Part shown: positions 1-14,349 of the stretch, piece by piece
How the letters are laid out: each line of letters starts with the position of its first letter
How positions within the stretch are numbered: position 1 is the first letter of the stretch
Assembly (NCBI GenBank): GCA_013265495.1
Contig: MU058540.1
Span: forward strand, 1,389,696 to 1,453,695
DNA from: Vicugna vicugna
Lineage: Eukaryota
Length of the DNA: 64,000 nucleotides
Direction: 5' to 3'
Position numbers and translations under genes: made by a program
Notes under the pieces: model-generated
What the model was told of the DNA's origin: nothing
Database searches by the model: none
What the model saw: only the letters and a program-made list of their open reading frames with translations

Positions 1-210
1 TGCTTATGTCATACATTACGTTCTTTACCTGTATTAACTAATTTAATCATTTCAGCAATCCTATAAGGTAGTAACTATGATTACCCGCATTTTACAGAAG
101 AGGAAACTAAGGTACAGAGATAAGAGAGTTGCCCAGATGTTATATATTTGGTACGTGGTGATCCTGGGAATTGAAGACAGTCTGGTTTCAGAGTCTCTTA
201 ATAACCACAC
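1..210 (-). mobile_element. MIR
   Basis: cattttacagaagaggaaactaaggtacagaga core. Confidence 0.75.
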
Positions 211-2033
211 CCTCCTCCCTCTTGAAACATTTCAAAATTTTTTTAAAATAAAAGGGAGGCAGTACCAAGCAAGGAGGAAAAATCCTATAGCATCACACAG
301 GCCAGTGAAAAGGCAGTTCAACAATTTTTCCTAACCTTCTTTTGTTACTGGTAGGATGTGCTTAAATTTCCTATCAGGCCCAGAGGACCCTGCCCAGACC
401 TAGAGACCATCTACCATCACCACACAGTAGTAACACTATAGTAAAGGCCAAGTTACCTGTGACTTGGAATGAGGAGGATAAACAGTAAACTCTGAGAAGA
501 TTCTTCTGAGGCCTCAAGTCTTCAAGAAATTCTCTGTGAGGCAATGCAAAGCAGAATCAGATTAGATTAGAGTGAAGAGGGCTTTTCATTTATAGTCTGA
601 GCTAATAATCCCCAGAGTTTTGATTGTTGTTAATTATCTGCATTTGAGCAGGACCATTTGAACAGGCAAATTCCTGAATGAGTCATAATCCACAGAAATG
701 AAATAAAAAAAAGTGCCCAAGCTTCTCACTGTATTACACAAGAGCAATATTGACTAGTTAGAAATCAAAGGTAACATTTGGCTCCAGGTCTGTTGGTGGC
801 CTCCACCAACCTTCTTGGGTAGGTCAAAGGCCTTTATGGATGGCTAGGCTTGTGGTTGATGGCTGATAGCCGCCTCGTAAGATCCTCCATGTTCCACACC
901 CACACATAGCATGGCACAAAGGTTAGAGGAAACTGACTTGGACTAGTGGTAGCAGGTCTCATGGTGAAGAGACCTTAACTGAACAAGCGGAAAGCTTTAG
1001 GATAAGAGTCAGCCAAACATTTTTCAAATGAGTAATTTATTTTTTAATAATAGAGGGTGTTTTTGTCCTGTTATGTTTCCAAATTCTACAATTTTATTTT
1101 TCCTCTAGGAAGTTCGTCTGGACACCTCACCATTCCCACAAAAGACTGACTACCCCAGTGGCTAAATCAATCCTTTCATTTCCACAGCAATTGCTTCTTC
1201 ACAAAGAGGTTCCATTTCTATTATTTTATTTGATTCTCATGCTATTTGAGTCATAAAAAACAGGAATAATGACAATAACACTAATACCAAGTATTTGATA
1301 TTATTGAATGAAAGAAGCCAGTCAGAAGATCTTTGCAGTGCTTTTTGCTTTTACCTTTTGTGGTGCCTTTTTAAAATTTGGGGTTCTTTCTCCCCAGTTT
1401 TTGAGTTAAACATAGCAGTAATTTGTTTTCCCCCTGAAAGTCCTTAACTCTCTAAACCACCTTCCTTCTGATAAAAAGCAAAGCTTCATTTCTTAGCTCC
1501 TCTCCAGGGAAGTCCCTTAAGGTCATACAACCACAGCTGATTTTAAACAAAGCTGTGGTGTGTATCTCCTACACTCTTTCTGCTTCAGACACAGGATTAC
1601 CTTGCCACATAGTTCTTGTTTTTGTTTACTCTGACCTAAGGGGTCATTTGGATTACAAGTGAGTCAGTCAAAACACTAGAAGAAGGAAAAGACACATAGC
1701 AACATGTCTCTGTTATGAGTGAATCCTCAGACATTCAGAATTCCAGGGTAGAGAGACTTGGAGTGACTTTCCTGTGGCCCTGAGCTAGGAGCAGACCTGA
1801 GTCTAAAATTCTAACACTATGGTAGATTTCTCAAATGAGTCTCAATCAAAGGAAATTGATACTTATATAAAACTAGGTTTAAAAAGACTAACTAAAAAAT
1901 AAGTACAATATCATCCCACTTTTTTGGAAAAAAAAACTACATTTATAAACATTTATAAGTACTAAAATAGGTACCAAAATGTTAATAAAGGTTATATTTC
2001 TGGATAGGAGCAACATAAGTGATTATTTTTCTC

Positions 2034-2172
2034 TCTCTCTTTTTTTTTTTTTTTTGGTGGGGGAGGTAATTAGGTTCATTTATTTTTTTAGTTTTAGAGG
2101 AGGTACTGGGGGTTTAACCCAGAACCTCATGCATGCTAAGCATGCCCTCTACCACTTGAGTTATACCCTTCC
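2034..2172 (-). mobile_element. tRNA-Ala-derived camelid SINE (vic-1-like)
   Basis: Reverse complement of the GGGTATAACTCAAGTGGTAGAG...GCTTAGCATGC head, CCTAATTACCTCCCCC tail and poly-A. Short TSD atttttctc. Confidence 0.85.
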
Positions 2173-2259
2173 TTCATTTTTCTCCTTTTTGACAATCTAT
2201 ACTATGTTCACATCTTTTTACAATGTACTTTCGAAAATAATAACTTTTTATTTTTAAAA

Positions 2260-3290
2260 AAGTGAGAGTAGGCAAAAAATTTCTTAAATAGGACACAAAA
2301 AGTATCAAGCATAAAATAAAAACTTGATAAATTGAACTATGTTAAAATTAAGAAATGCAGTCATCAAAAGATACCATTAAGAGAGTGAAGAGGTAAGTAA
2401 GCCTCAGACTGGGAGAAGATATTCACAATACATGCATCCGATAAAGGACTCAAATGGAAAATATATTTGAAAAAATCTCTTTTACAAATAACTAAGTAAA
2501 ATATAGACAACCCAATAGTTAGATGGGCAAGAGACTTGAACAGGTACTTCACAGAAGATATCCAAAATTCCCAATAAGCCTATGTACCTTTTAAGAACTT
2601 GTTGCAGATTAAAGCTTACAAACAAGATATACACCCATTAGAATGGCAAAAATGTTAAAGAATGACAATATTAAATATTGGCAAGGTTGTGGAGCAATCA
2701 GAACTTTCATACATTTGTGGTGGGAATTTGTTGATAACAACTACTTTGAAAAACTATTCAGCCCTATCCGTGAAAGCTAAATCCATGCCTACCCCTCTGA
2801 CCCAACAATTTCCTTCCCAGGTGTATACATAAGAGAAGAGAGTGCTTATGTCCATAGCAGTGCTATTCATAATCACCAAAAACTGGAAACAACCCAATGG
2901 CAAGGAATAGTGGGAAGGGTAAGTTGTGATCTATCCACACAAAAGAATACTAAATACAAATCTGAACTCCTGCTATATGCAACAACGTGGATGAATTGCA
3001 CAGACATAATGTTGAAAGAGCACATGCAAGAGAGCATATTCTGTATGATTCACACAGATTGGCAAAACTAATCTCTACTGATAGAGGTTTGAATGCTGAT
3101 TATCTATGGAAAAGATGGGAAAGAAGGGATAGTGGCTGTTAATTATAGATGGAAGCATGAGAAAGCCTTCTAGGGTACTGGAAACGTTCTGTATAACTTG
3201 ATCTGGAGTTACACAGGTAACTCAGGGAAAAATTCATCAAGTTTAGGATGTTCACATTTTGCTATACACAGTTATACTTTAAATTTTAAA
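2260..3290 (+). mobile_element. Old L1M ORF2 3' end and 3' UTR
   Basis: Degenerate L1 motifs (gactgggagaagatatt, atgggcaagagacttgaacag, aactggaaacaaccc). Confidence 0.8.
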
Positions 3291-6200
3291 AAGTTTCATT
3301 AGAAAGTGTCAGAACAGCAAGAAGAAAGCTATTCAGAGTTTGGATGGTAAATATTAAGAACTTGAAAAAACAGCCATAGAAAATGGCCAGATTTCCTGCC
3401 CAGTAGAAACGGACAATTCTGAGCTTTTTTCCTGAGAATGTTCAATATTTTCCTCATCCCTTCATATTTTATTTCTCAGGGGTGAATTGGGGGCTGACAT
3501 AGCACTAAAATCCCCCAGGCAAACCTCATATTCCAACTCCAGTTTAGCCATTTATGGTTTGTCAGTTAAGGAATTCAATTAAATATAATTTATACATATA
3601 CATTTACAATATATACATATCAAAGGGAAAAAATGATTCCAACCCTTTGGATAGGAATTGGCACATATAAGAAAATTGTTGAAAGACAGTCCTGGCCTGC
3701 CTGGCTTTTTCCCTCTGCAAAATTGGGAAGCAAACTTAAGTTTGCTTTTCACCTCATCTGCTATCAGGTCTCTGAGCCTCTACAGAGTTTGAGCCTCCAA
3801 GTGGTTCTCTCTTTCTTCCCAGGGGCCCATCCCACATCTTATACCTGCTCTGAGCTGAAGCATTTATGGACAATTAAGTGTTATTTAGAGATGTGTCAGC
3901 TGTGTTTTTCCCTGGGGGTCATTTGCATTGTAAAAGAGGACTTTGAGGCCACTGTGAACACAGATAAAGGTGGGAGGAAGAAGGGGAGTTTATAGAAACA
4001 AATTGCATTTGAAATGATTGTCAGGTTCCCTAAAATGTTTAGAGGAAATTCCAAGAAGGCATAGAAGATTTTAGATAAACTGAAACTTAAAATACAAAGC
4101 AAACCAAACCCCTCACTAGACTCTTACATCATTACTTTATTTGAGCCTCACAACACCCTGTAAAGTGGGCTGGGTCACTGATCCTGTTGTATAGACCAGG
4201 AGACTCACTGGGAAAGGGAAGCAATTTTCACGGGTTCAGTAACTGGAAGTTAGGGATTTAGATGTTCACTTGGATTATCTGACTCATGACTTTGTGATGC
4301 CTTCCTCTTCCAGAAAAGCCTTTTAACCAATAGGGTGTCATGAGCCATCCTCCTCTGAACCAGTAGCAAGGGATTAAGAACCCTTACATGTAGGTTTGCT
4401 TCTGGCAAAATCTTTCTCTTTTTTTCTTACCTTTTCTAGTTTTCAGTTTAGTCTCACTTCTGCTCTTTCACTTCTTGACCCTTCTGAAGGTGTTGGTGGT
4501 AACTGCAGAATGCCACAACTTTTGATTTCAATTTTTCTTCACACATTTATTTTTATGTCTGGCAGTGGCAGTACCAAGAGGTGGCTGGGGAAGAACTTTA
4601 GCTTCCCTTCCCATCAACCTCTCCAATTTAACACATAATTTAAGTAGAAAAAGTGCTAGGGAAATGCAACTTCATAACAATTTCCTAAAATCAGAGTTTC
4701 CGAGTTTCATAAATCCAAGGGGTATCATTTATGGGAAATACAGTGTAAGGGAGCCCTTGGAATCGTATGAGAAGAGAAGCCTGCCTGACTACCTTCCAAG
4801 GAGACCACTCTTCCAAAGAACCCCCATTACAGAAATCTGGGGTCACTGATGATAAATAGTAAGAAAACAGGACTTCCTGGAATCTGGCAGATACGAGCAG
4901 AAATGAATCAAGTCACAGAGATAATGAATGTAACAGGGAAATGGAACAAGACCATAGATTGAGACAGGTAAAATCCAGGGTCTGGGAGTTAGTTGGCAAA
5001 CAGCAGAATTAAGCAGGACCTAACATTGATCCCAGGGCAAGTCTGATTGGACTTTGGTCTTGCATCGAGAAGACATGAGTTCTGAACACTCATGTTGACT
5101 TGAGCCACAAAGACGTCCAAGGTTTACAGCTAACCACCAGAAATGCTTGGAGGGCTTCTCACAAGAATGATCAAAAGTTGCACGTTTGAGTGAAGGCTTC
5201 AGTAAAAGTTGCAGTCTGTTTCAAGTGGATTCAAATTTTGATATGGAGTCTTGAGTTTTCACTTTAATGTGTTCTAAATCTGCTAGTTTGTAAATACCAA
5301 GAGATCCTTGGACATCTACTAATCTAAAATAAGATTAATTTGCAACATCATCATGAGTTACATTGTTTACCAAATTTGCTAAACTTCCCAACTCTGGTCA
5401 CAAACTAGAAGATTAAACCACCCTCTGTGCCAGTGGGATAAATCATAGTTTAGTAGTATGTAGGAAATGGAGTCGGCCTATGCAAGTGGCAGGTCCCAGA
5501 TTTTCACCCCAGGTGCATATTTCCAAACTGAAAAGGATGTTTCTATCCAGCAGAAAAGAAATGGTCATGCATGACTCTTTGGAGGAGTCCACCCTACTCC
5601 TCCTGTTCATAGATCCCAGTGTTCTGTTCTTCAGGTTACCAGGAGGCCCAGAGTGTCCCTAGTTGGGCCTCTTTGGACAGGCCTTAGTTGGGCCACCTTA
5701 AACTACTGTGACATTGAGTGTGGGGAAAGTTGTAAACTTTGGACAGCTGTTATATCTGACCTCTCATGTTATATCTGACCACTCCTTCCTCTCCCTCTAA
5801 ATTCCAGAGTAGAAAATAGACTTCTTAGCCAGCTTTGTTGGAAGTTGCCAAGACCTGTTGTTAAGAACAACGAGAGGGGCCATCTCAGTAATGCCAGGGG
5901 TTTCAGAGCTGCCTGCACTGCCCAAGGCCTCTGCATTGAGGTGTATTTTGCAAAATGACACTTTGTAACCTATTGCTCTTCATGTTGCATCCTGCCTCCT
6001 GGGCACTTGCTCCAAGGTCTTGATCTATCTTTCTGATGAAAGAAATCTACATTACATTGTGGGCAGAGAGCAAGGAACAAGTGGGCAGCACATAGAAAAG
6101 TTTGGCATGAATAATTGCCACCACTAGCCAGAGAATTGATACAACTAGGACTATAAGAGACATGTGAAGTTAATAGATATTAATAGTAAGAATTTATGGT

Positions 6201-6384
6201 TTACTGTATGCCAGGCACTATGCTGTACACGTCGTGTATGTCATGTATGTTGTGTGCTTCATTTAATAAAACAACCCTAGGTGGTATCATTGTTTCCATT
6301 TGATGAATGAGAAAACCTAGAATTTTAAATAAATTGCTCAAGTTTACATAGTTAGTATGGCAGAGCCAGAGCTGGATGTTCACT

Positions 6385-6775
6385 AAACTGTTATTTTCCT
6401 TTTGACCACACAGAAGAAATTGCATTTCCCAGGTCTCTATGCATTTAAACGAGAGCATGTGATCGAATTCTGATCAATAGAATACAGATGTGATACACCC
6501 CATTTCCAGGTTTAAGACAGCCCACCCATAATTACTTTTTCTCTTTCTTATTTGCACAGCTAGAACCCAAGGACCCCCACACCCCCCACCTCCTTCCCAA
6601 GGACAGAGCCTAGAGTGCTGATTAACTGTTTGGAGGGGAGCGTCTTAAGGGAGCTGACTGGCCTACATTACACTATAATGGGAACAACAAATAAACCTTG
6701 GTTGTGCTAAAGTGTTGACATTTCAGGGATTTATTTGTCACTACTGCACAATTGCTGTACCCTGATTGAAACAGC
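6385..6775 (+). mobile_element. MLT1-type MaLR LTR inserted in a MIR
   Basis: aataaaccttggttgtgctaa...atttatttgtcactactgca 3' signature. MIR sequence on both sides. Confidence 0.55.
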
Positions 6776-7169
6776 TAGGTGAGTGGTAGCCAGGATTTTA
6801 GTGCAGGTCTGTCTGACTTAAGCCCATCTTAACCATTTCCTTACAACTAGCACAGGAAGATTTGGAGAGAGTTTCTGATCTTTAATTCTGCCACTAACCT
6901 CATGTAGGATCTTATATAAGTCCCTTAAATGGCTCGGTTTTTTCATTTGTACAATGGAAATAAAAATACCTGCCTTTCCAATGCCACAAGGTTATTGCAA
7001 GGATCAAATAAGACAGTGGCTATGACATGATTTGCAAAATAAATATCATCTAAATGCAAAGAAGTGTTATTATCTAACCCATTTTCCTGGCTCTGGTTAG
7101 GAATCTACCCTACTGATCTAAGAATGACACTTTTTCTTATATCCTTGCCTCTATTATCCCTACTAGTTA

Positions 7170-9660
7170 CTCTTTTGGTATTTTTAAATTTTTGCATAAT
7201 CAAACTTGCAGATGAGTTGCAAAAATAGTACAAGGAACTCCTGTACACCTTATATCCAGATTCCTTAATTGTTTATATTTTGCTCCATTTTACATATATG
7301 TATTTCTGATTTATTCAAAAGTAAGTTGGAGACATTGTGCTTTACCATTCCAGAAGGACTACGCTCTTACCAATACCTTTATTTCAGCCCAGTGAAACTA
7401 ATTTTGAACTTCTAATTTCCAGAACTGAGAACAAATGTGTGTTATTTTAACTCACCAAACATGTGGTAGTTTGTTTCAACAGCCATAGGAAATGTATACA
7501 GCCGATATTCAAAATTTGGCAAGTGTCTACATAGTATCCATTTTACCTATTTCTGTTTTCAATCTAGTATCCAGTTCAGAATCGTACTTTGCGTTTAATT
7601 GTCAGGAGTTTTTAGTATCCTCTAATGTGGAACAGTTCCTCAGCTTTGCTTTGCCTTTCTCAACATAGACACTTTTGAAAAAATATAGCTTTTTTATTTT
7701 TAATACAGCAGAATGTCATTCAATTTTTATTTGACTGATGTTCCCTCAGCCTTAAATTCAGATTATGCATTTTGACGGGAATATAACATTATCTCAGGAG
7801 ATATATGATGTTGGTTTGTCTTAATATGAACAATGCTGATTTTGATCAGTACGTTAGGGTGGAGGCTGCCAGATCTCTTTACTGTAAAGTTATTAATTTC
7901 CCCTTTATAACTAAAAAGAAGCTGGTGAGGAGACACGGAGACTTTTCCTCCTCATGCTTTAGCATCATGCTTTAGCATCCACGATGATTTTCCAACTCCA
8001 TCATTCCTTCTATGTTAACAGATGAAGCTGTACTATAAGGAATATCTCCTTCTTCCTTATTTATTTACTTAGTCATTTATTTATGTCAGAATAGACTCAT
8101 AGATTCTTATTTGATTCAATGGGTCATAATCTACTACCATTATTATTTATTTTTGATGCTCAGATTGTCCCAGATTTAGCCAGTGGAGCCCTGGCTTCTG
8201 TGTTCTTTTGATATATCCCCAACATTGTTTGAGTACTTTCTTACTTTCAGGCACAAGAAGATTCTTCAGGTTCACCTTATACTTTCTCTCCAGAAGTCTG
8301 TTATCGAAGAAACCCTGATTCCCCTTGTTGGAGAATGGTATTTAGAAACTAAGATCTAGGGGGCTACTTTTACTCATAACAGCTGGTATATCTTTGCTTC
8401 TCTAGGCTCTCTCAGTGGACAAAGCCAGGAAATTTGTATAAGACCATGAGTTCATACTGGTATCTCCAAATCTAATCCAACATCATGTAGTATGTTCCCC
8501 CTCTCCATTTTTGTAACTCCCTTTGTCCTAATGTGATATAAATGGCACCCATTACTCTCAGTATATTTTCTCATTTACTAGAGTCTAATCTACCAAGTAT
8601 AGGTCAATATTTATTTGCAGGGGGCTTTTGGGGAAGGAGATGGGCAGTGAGATTCACAAATCTTAAGTGCACAATTAAATGAATTCTGGCAAATGCCTAT
8701 GTTTATGTAACCTGCCCTCCTATCAAAATATAGAACATTTCCATCATTTCCATTGCCTCAGCAATTTGACACCCCCAGACACAACCATGCTTTTTGTTTT
8801 ATTCCACCATAAATTAGTTTTGCCTGTTCTAGATCTTCATATAATTGGAACAAACTGCATGTACTCTTTTGTGTCTGGCTTCTTTTGTTCAGCATAATAT
8901 TTGTATCTGCGAAGTTCATTCAGACTGTTGTGTATTTTAGTAGTTAGTCCCTTTTTTGTTGTTGAGTAACTTTCTGTTGTATGAATTTAACTATTTTATT
9001 GGGATGGACATTTGGGTTGTTTTCTGCTTGAGGTTATTATGAAAAAAACTTCTTTGAACATTCTTAGTCAAGTCTTTGTATTGATATATGTTTCATTTCC
9101 TTTGAGTAATTGCTTAGGAGCGGAATTCTTGGGTCATAGAATAGGTGTATATTTATAAGAAAATACTGAATATTTTTCCAAAGCAGTTGTATCATTTTTC
9201 ACTCCTGCCAGAAACAAATGAGAGTTCCAGTTGCTCTATCCTAGTCGGCATTTGATATTTTCTATCTCTTTATGTTTAGCCATTATAGTGGGTTTGTGAT
9301 GGTATCTCATTGTAGTTTTAATTTGCATTTTCCTAGTGAATAGCATCTTTTAGCATCTTTTAATGGGCTAATTGGCCTTTTGTATATTTTCTTTTGTGAG
9401 TGTCCAAGTCTTTTGCTCATTAAAATTTTTTTTGGTTCTTATTGATTTGTAAGAATTTTAAAATATATTATAGATACAAGTAATTTTGAAATGTTTTATG
9501 AATATATTCTCTTAGTTTGTGGCTTTCCTATTCATTTTCTTAATTATGTCGTAGTATGAGCAGAAGTTTTAAATTCTGATGAAGTCTAATTTATCCAATT
9601 TTTAAATGACTATTTGTTTTCTGTGTCTGAAGAAATCTTTCCCTATCTCTAGGTTCTGAA
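7170..9660 (-). mobile_element. Cluster of old L1M fragments with an embedded MaLR LTR fragment (~7345-7500)
   Basis: Minus-strand L1 3' motifs (ggacatttgggttgtttt, ggtatctcattgtagttttaatttgcattt). Confidence 0.7.
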
Positions 9661-11165
9661 TCCCAAGACTTTAGTATTGGAATCAAACAAATACATTTTT
9701 CTTCTTTAAACTCAGAAGGCCAGTTGCTAAACAGACTTCTTTGGTGAGCAAGTGAAGGATTTTAAAGGACATCCAAAAGGTAAGGGACAAGGGGGATTCT
9801 TAAGATTAAAAATCTCAGGCTAAACGCTCTTCTCAAGTGGCATAGCTTCACATATAGTCAATGAAGCCTAAGTCAGAGTCAGCCAGGCTGGATCACTTGC
9901 AATCTGAGCAGACCCAGTAAAGCAGCCCTTCCCCTCCCCCAAATCCTTGCGATTTGGGGGAGTGAGTTCAAGGGTGAGCCAAGGTTTGGGAGGCTGCGTG
10001 TTATCTGAGTCACTTCTTTGAAGAGTCTGTCTGCTGAAGAAGGCAGTTTGTAGGATGTGGTTCTGGGACATGGGCCCACAGTGCAGCCAGGACATTTGGT
10101 GTGGTTCTCCTACCACATTTTTCTTTTCTTTACTTTTTTTTTTTTAATTTTAACATTCATACTTAATTTTAAAAAGTAAGTTCAAACATCAAAATTTTGA
10201 AAAAGTATCGTGAACTGTATCTTTCCCCCCTTTACCTTTCTATTCCCAGCAGTGAACCCTTTGTTTACTGTGAGGGAGGCAACAGTCACAGCTAAACTAG
10301 TAAATAATTATTTCCTCCTCACTTGGCCAGACAAAAAGGATGGACTCTGCTGTTATCCTGTAGGCGCCAAGTGGGCATTCTCATTGTGGTCCTAGTGTTC
10401 TTACTTGCCCAGACTAGGTGTCAAGAGCTTTGTCTCTGGGCACTGGCCTTGGGAAGCAGGAGCTAGGTCACATCTTAATTGATTTTTCTTGCAGGGTAGA
10501 GAGGGCTAAAGATTGGGTTAAGTCCTCAGAAACTACGCTTCCTTTCATCAGCCACAGTCATGAGTTCTCAGCCATAGCTTTGTTTACATCCACTTGGGGG
10601 GGCCTGGTGTGAACTTCCATAATTGGTGCCCTGGGTCCTGCTGTTGTTTCCAAATGGAAAGATCAAATAAAAGTTTCCTGAATCCACTTCATGGTATTGA
10701 GGTTTCAGTTCAAAAAGAAAAGCTAGGGGGCAAGGCCACAATGATATGACCCTCCCCAGTGAGACATCTGTGAAAAGGTAAGCCCCCTCTAAGCTGGAAG
10801 TACAGCTCAGAGGACAGAGACAAGTCCTCCTCCAGGATTCAGTCTCTCCCCTGAATTTCAGGGCTCAGAAGTCTAGGAATGGAACTAAGAATTATGGGTT
10901 TTCAAAAAATACACAATTAAAATTAAAATACAATGACTTTTTAACATATCAGACTGAATATTCCCTCAACTAAATATTTATACAGAAAAACTAAGCCCCT
11001 ATGAATGTGGATTTGATTCCATGGGATCAGCATGACTCCCTTTTTCCATAAAATTTTTCCTAGTAGCTATCACATTCCTCCTGTTTGATCTAGAAATTGC
11101 CCTCCTCCTGAGAATCCCAAACGAATTACCTAAAATTATATTTATCATAGCATTAATCCTAAATT

Positions 11166-11760
11166 TGATGCAGGAAAAACTGATTTGGGGCATGAGGAGG
11201 GCCGTGTCCCAGGCCTCAGTTGAGTGTGGGTCCTTGGCTTCATGCAGGAAAGAATTCAAGAGCGAGCCACTGTTAAGTAAAGGTAGATTTATTTAGAGAG
11301 ATACATCAAGAGGCAAGGGAAAGGCCATGAGGTGTGGGGGTTGGGTGCTCAGATTAGAGTAAAAGTAGGTACACACTCCATAGACAGAGTGATGGCCATC
11401 TCCTAAGAGGAGGGAGGGAGAGAGTGTGGCTGCAAGGCGCTGTGTTGTCAGTTTTTATGGGCTCCGTAGCTTCCTATGCTAATAAGTGGAAGGACGGGTC
11501 TAACTACCTTGGGGAAGGGGCTGGGATTCCCAGGAAGTTGGCCATTTTCTACTCTTTGACCTTTTGTGGCCAGCCTTGGGCATGTTATTTACTATGCTAA
11601 TATGTTACAGTGAGCATATAATGAGGATCAAGTTCTGCTAGAGGTCAAATCTCCTGCCACCTTGAGCCTCAAGGCCTAGTGGGGATTGATCTTTCGCCAT
11701 TTTGGTGTTAACTGCTGCGTTATTCCTTGAATGGCTGTGCCCTGCCCCATTCCTGTCTCA
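11166..11760 (-). mobile_element. ERV solo LTR (ERV1-like), 595 bp
   Basis: Minus strand starts TGAGACAGGA and ends TCCTGCATCA (terminal inverted repeats). AATAAA on the minus strand near 11290. Flanks aatt/attt form an imperfect 4-bp TSD. Confidence 0.8.
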
Positions 11761-12499
11761 ATTTCACTACTAGCATTATTACAAGTTTGCCCTATGAATG
11801 AAATCAAAAAGGAATGTTAATTAGTTTAAGCTAAATCAGACGATTCCCACTCATTAAATTATGATTAAATTCATAATTATTACACTTATAAATGCAAAGC
11901 TCTTTAACCCAGTAATTCCAGTTGTAAAATTTATCCTGCAAATATACTTGCATGTATGCCATTTAGCTATATACAGCAGCATCATTGTAACAGCAAAAGA
12001 CAGGAAACAATTTAAGTGTTTATCAATAGAGGACTTAATAAATTGACCATACATCCATACAATGAAATATTATGCATTTGTAAAATAGAGCCAGGAAACA
12101 TGTGTATGTTTGCATATGCTCAGTCTGTGTCTGGAAGGATATGCAAGAAACTGGGAAGAAGGATGTGCCTGGGGGACATACTTTTCTGTGCTTTCCTCAT
12201 TTTGCACCATGTGTATTTATTACCTATTCAAAAGTGAATAAATAAAATTCATTTTAAGTGTAAAAGACTTTAAGAAAAAAATCCCATGGGGTATTATAAA
12301 GTAGATTGCAAACACTGTGTTTTTTTTAAGACAACACAGAAGAGTTCAAGGGCATTTTAAGCTTATTTGGGATTTTCACCCTAGAACCAGGGGAATGAGG
12401 GTAACAAATAAGCTCTCTCAGCTCTCACACGCAGAGGAAGTGTGAAAAGCACTGCTTTACAAGATAATAGGGCCCAAAGGCAAGACGTGGAGGAGATGC

Positions 12500-13035
12500 C
12501 CCTTTGAACTAGGAGGTAAGGTCATCCTTTGAGTGGTATAAAAGAGATCACTTTAAGTATTTAAAATAGGGAATTTAATTCAGAGAATTGGTTTACATAG
12601 ATGTTGGCAGGGATGATAAGTGAAACAGAACAGTGAAATAGCCCAGAGATGAATTATAGCAAGAAGTTACTGCTACCCTTAAACTGGAGGGGCAGAAGAA
12701 GGACATGGTGTTACCAGAGCCGGGGCGGGGAGAGGAGGAGGTTGGGGTTGGGCTCATGTGCTAGAAGTTGGAGCCAGGTAGTTGGAGGAGACAGCCTGAG
12801 GTTGGGAGGTGGAGTAGGAGTGAGAATGGATACTCTGGCTTCTTCCTCAATCCCTCCAATCTCCAGAAGTGTCTCCCATTAATGGAGCCCAGCAACTCAG
12901 TCTGAAAGTCAACCAGCACAGGAGTCTAGGACACACAGACTTCCTTTATGGGGTCAGCCTCCACTGCCATACTGAGAAAAGCAGGGGGAAAGTGAGAAAT
13001 GGGTTTAAGGGCAAAACAGGCCCAGGATCAGCACA
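12500..13035 (-). mobile_element. Ancient ERVL-type LTR (LTR33-like)
   Basis: agggaatttaattcagagaattgg...ggggtcagcctcc...cagcaca resembles the family as recalled. Confidence 0.45.
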
Positions 13036-13934
13036 GAGGGAAGTTAGGAAAAAATCAAAACATAATTCACAAATGTTTCCCCTTGAGAAGAATCAACTTA
13101 GGCTGACTGCTCAAAGGCCGGTTTCTAGCACTGCAACATTAAGGCCCAGACAGTTTCCCAAAAGTGTTCCTTATAACTGATTTGTCCAAACTAGGATCTA
13201 ATCCTGGACCATACACTACTTCTGGTTGTTATGTCTCTAAAAATTTTTTGATTTAGAATGACACTTTTTGTCTTGGTGCAGGAAAGTGGCTAGTTACTCT
13301 ACAGAATGTCTCACCTCCTGAATCTGTTCACTGACTTTTGCTTTCCTTTAGCTTGATCCTCTTGCCTCTCCTATATACCTGTTTAGATCCAAGTTAAACA
13401 TTTTTGGTAAGAATACATCACAGTTGATGGTGTCTACTTAATGTTAGCATCCCAGCAGGAGACACATACTAGCTTATTGTTCCACTGTTAATAATGGTAA
13501 GATTTACCATTATATTAAGATGATGAAAGCCTTCATTGTGCAGTTAATTTTTAAGAGCAGGAAGCATTTTTGTGGTACACTTAACCTTGTTAAAGCTCAG
13601 TTTCCTCATCTGAAATGTGAATAACAGGTTGTATAGATTAAATAAATTAATGCATTTAAATCACCTAGGACATAGTAAACATTGAAATAAAGTTAATTAT
13701 TATTATTTTAGTTGCAACTCCACCACTGGAGAATATGGAGCTAAAAAAGCAAAAGCTCCTCCTCCCAGTTCTCAACACTTATTTCCCTTTTCTGAAAGAG
13801 GAGTCAGGCCATTTTGGAGTCTGGTACACCAGGCTGGAAGTTTAGCCTTGTTGCTAGAACAGCTAGAACAGGTTATACCCGGGGACGGCTTATTTTTTAT
13901 GTTTCCTCCTATGTAAAGATAATTGCCATTTGTG

Positions 13935-14125
13935 GAAGGCTTAGTATGTACAGACACTGTACTTTAACATTTTACATGCATTTTCAAATTTAATTCTTCC
14001 TCAAATGCCACAAGTAAGAATTATAATCCATATTTTTCAGATGAGGAAATAGGCTCATAAAGATTAAATATCTTGTGAGAGCAGCACAGCTAGGAAGCAG
14101 CGACAGGATTTGAAACTGAGGACTG
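13935..14125 (-). mobile_element. MIR
   Basis: tttttcagatgaggaaataggctc core. Confidence 0.65.
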
Positions 14126-14349
14126 TACCATCTCCCGGGGTAATGAAACTCAAAAAAGAGACACTGTGTAAAACAGCTTGCGCCTGGCTTTCTTGCTTTA
14201 AGAAACCTATTATTTCTCAGTTGTCACTTTCTCAGCAAGTTTTCTGTCTTATTTAATGTTGAACTCCCCTCTTCCTTGCTTTATCCCCCCCTCCCGCATG
14301 GCGTTTGGTTCCATCTAACCCACTACATAGTCTTTATTATTTGTCTTCT

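Noticed and set aside
821..833. DR1-like nuclear receptor motif AGGTCAAAGGCCT
   Set aside because: Single imperfect motif with no supporting context. It cannot be distinguished from chance.
3633..4849. ORFs of 68-120 aa upstream of SNRPC
   Set aside because: No recognisable domains, splice structure, poly-A tail or TSD to support an exon or processed pseudogene.
5748..5780. Short direct duplications (also 7954-7979, 9341-9361, 17149-17181, 48105-48160, 50764-50793)
   Set aside because: Ordinary slippage or micro-duplications of two copies each, mostly in dead repeats, with no sign of function.
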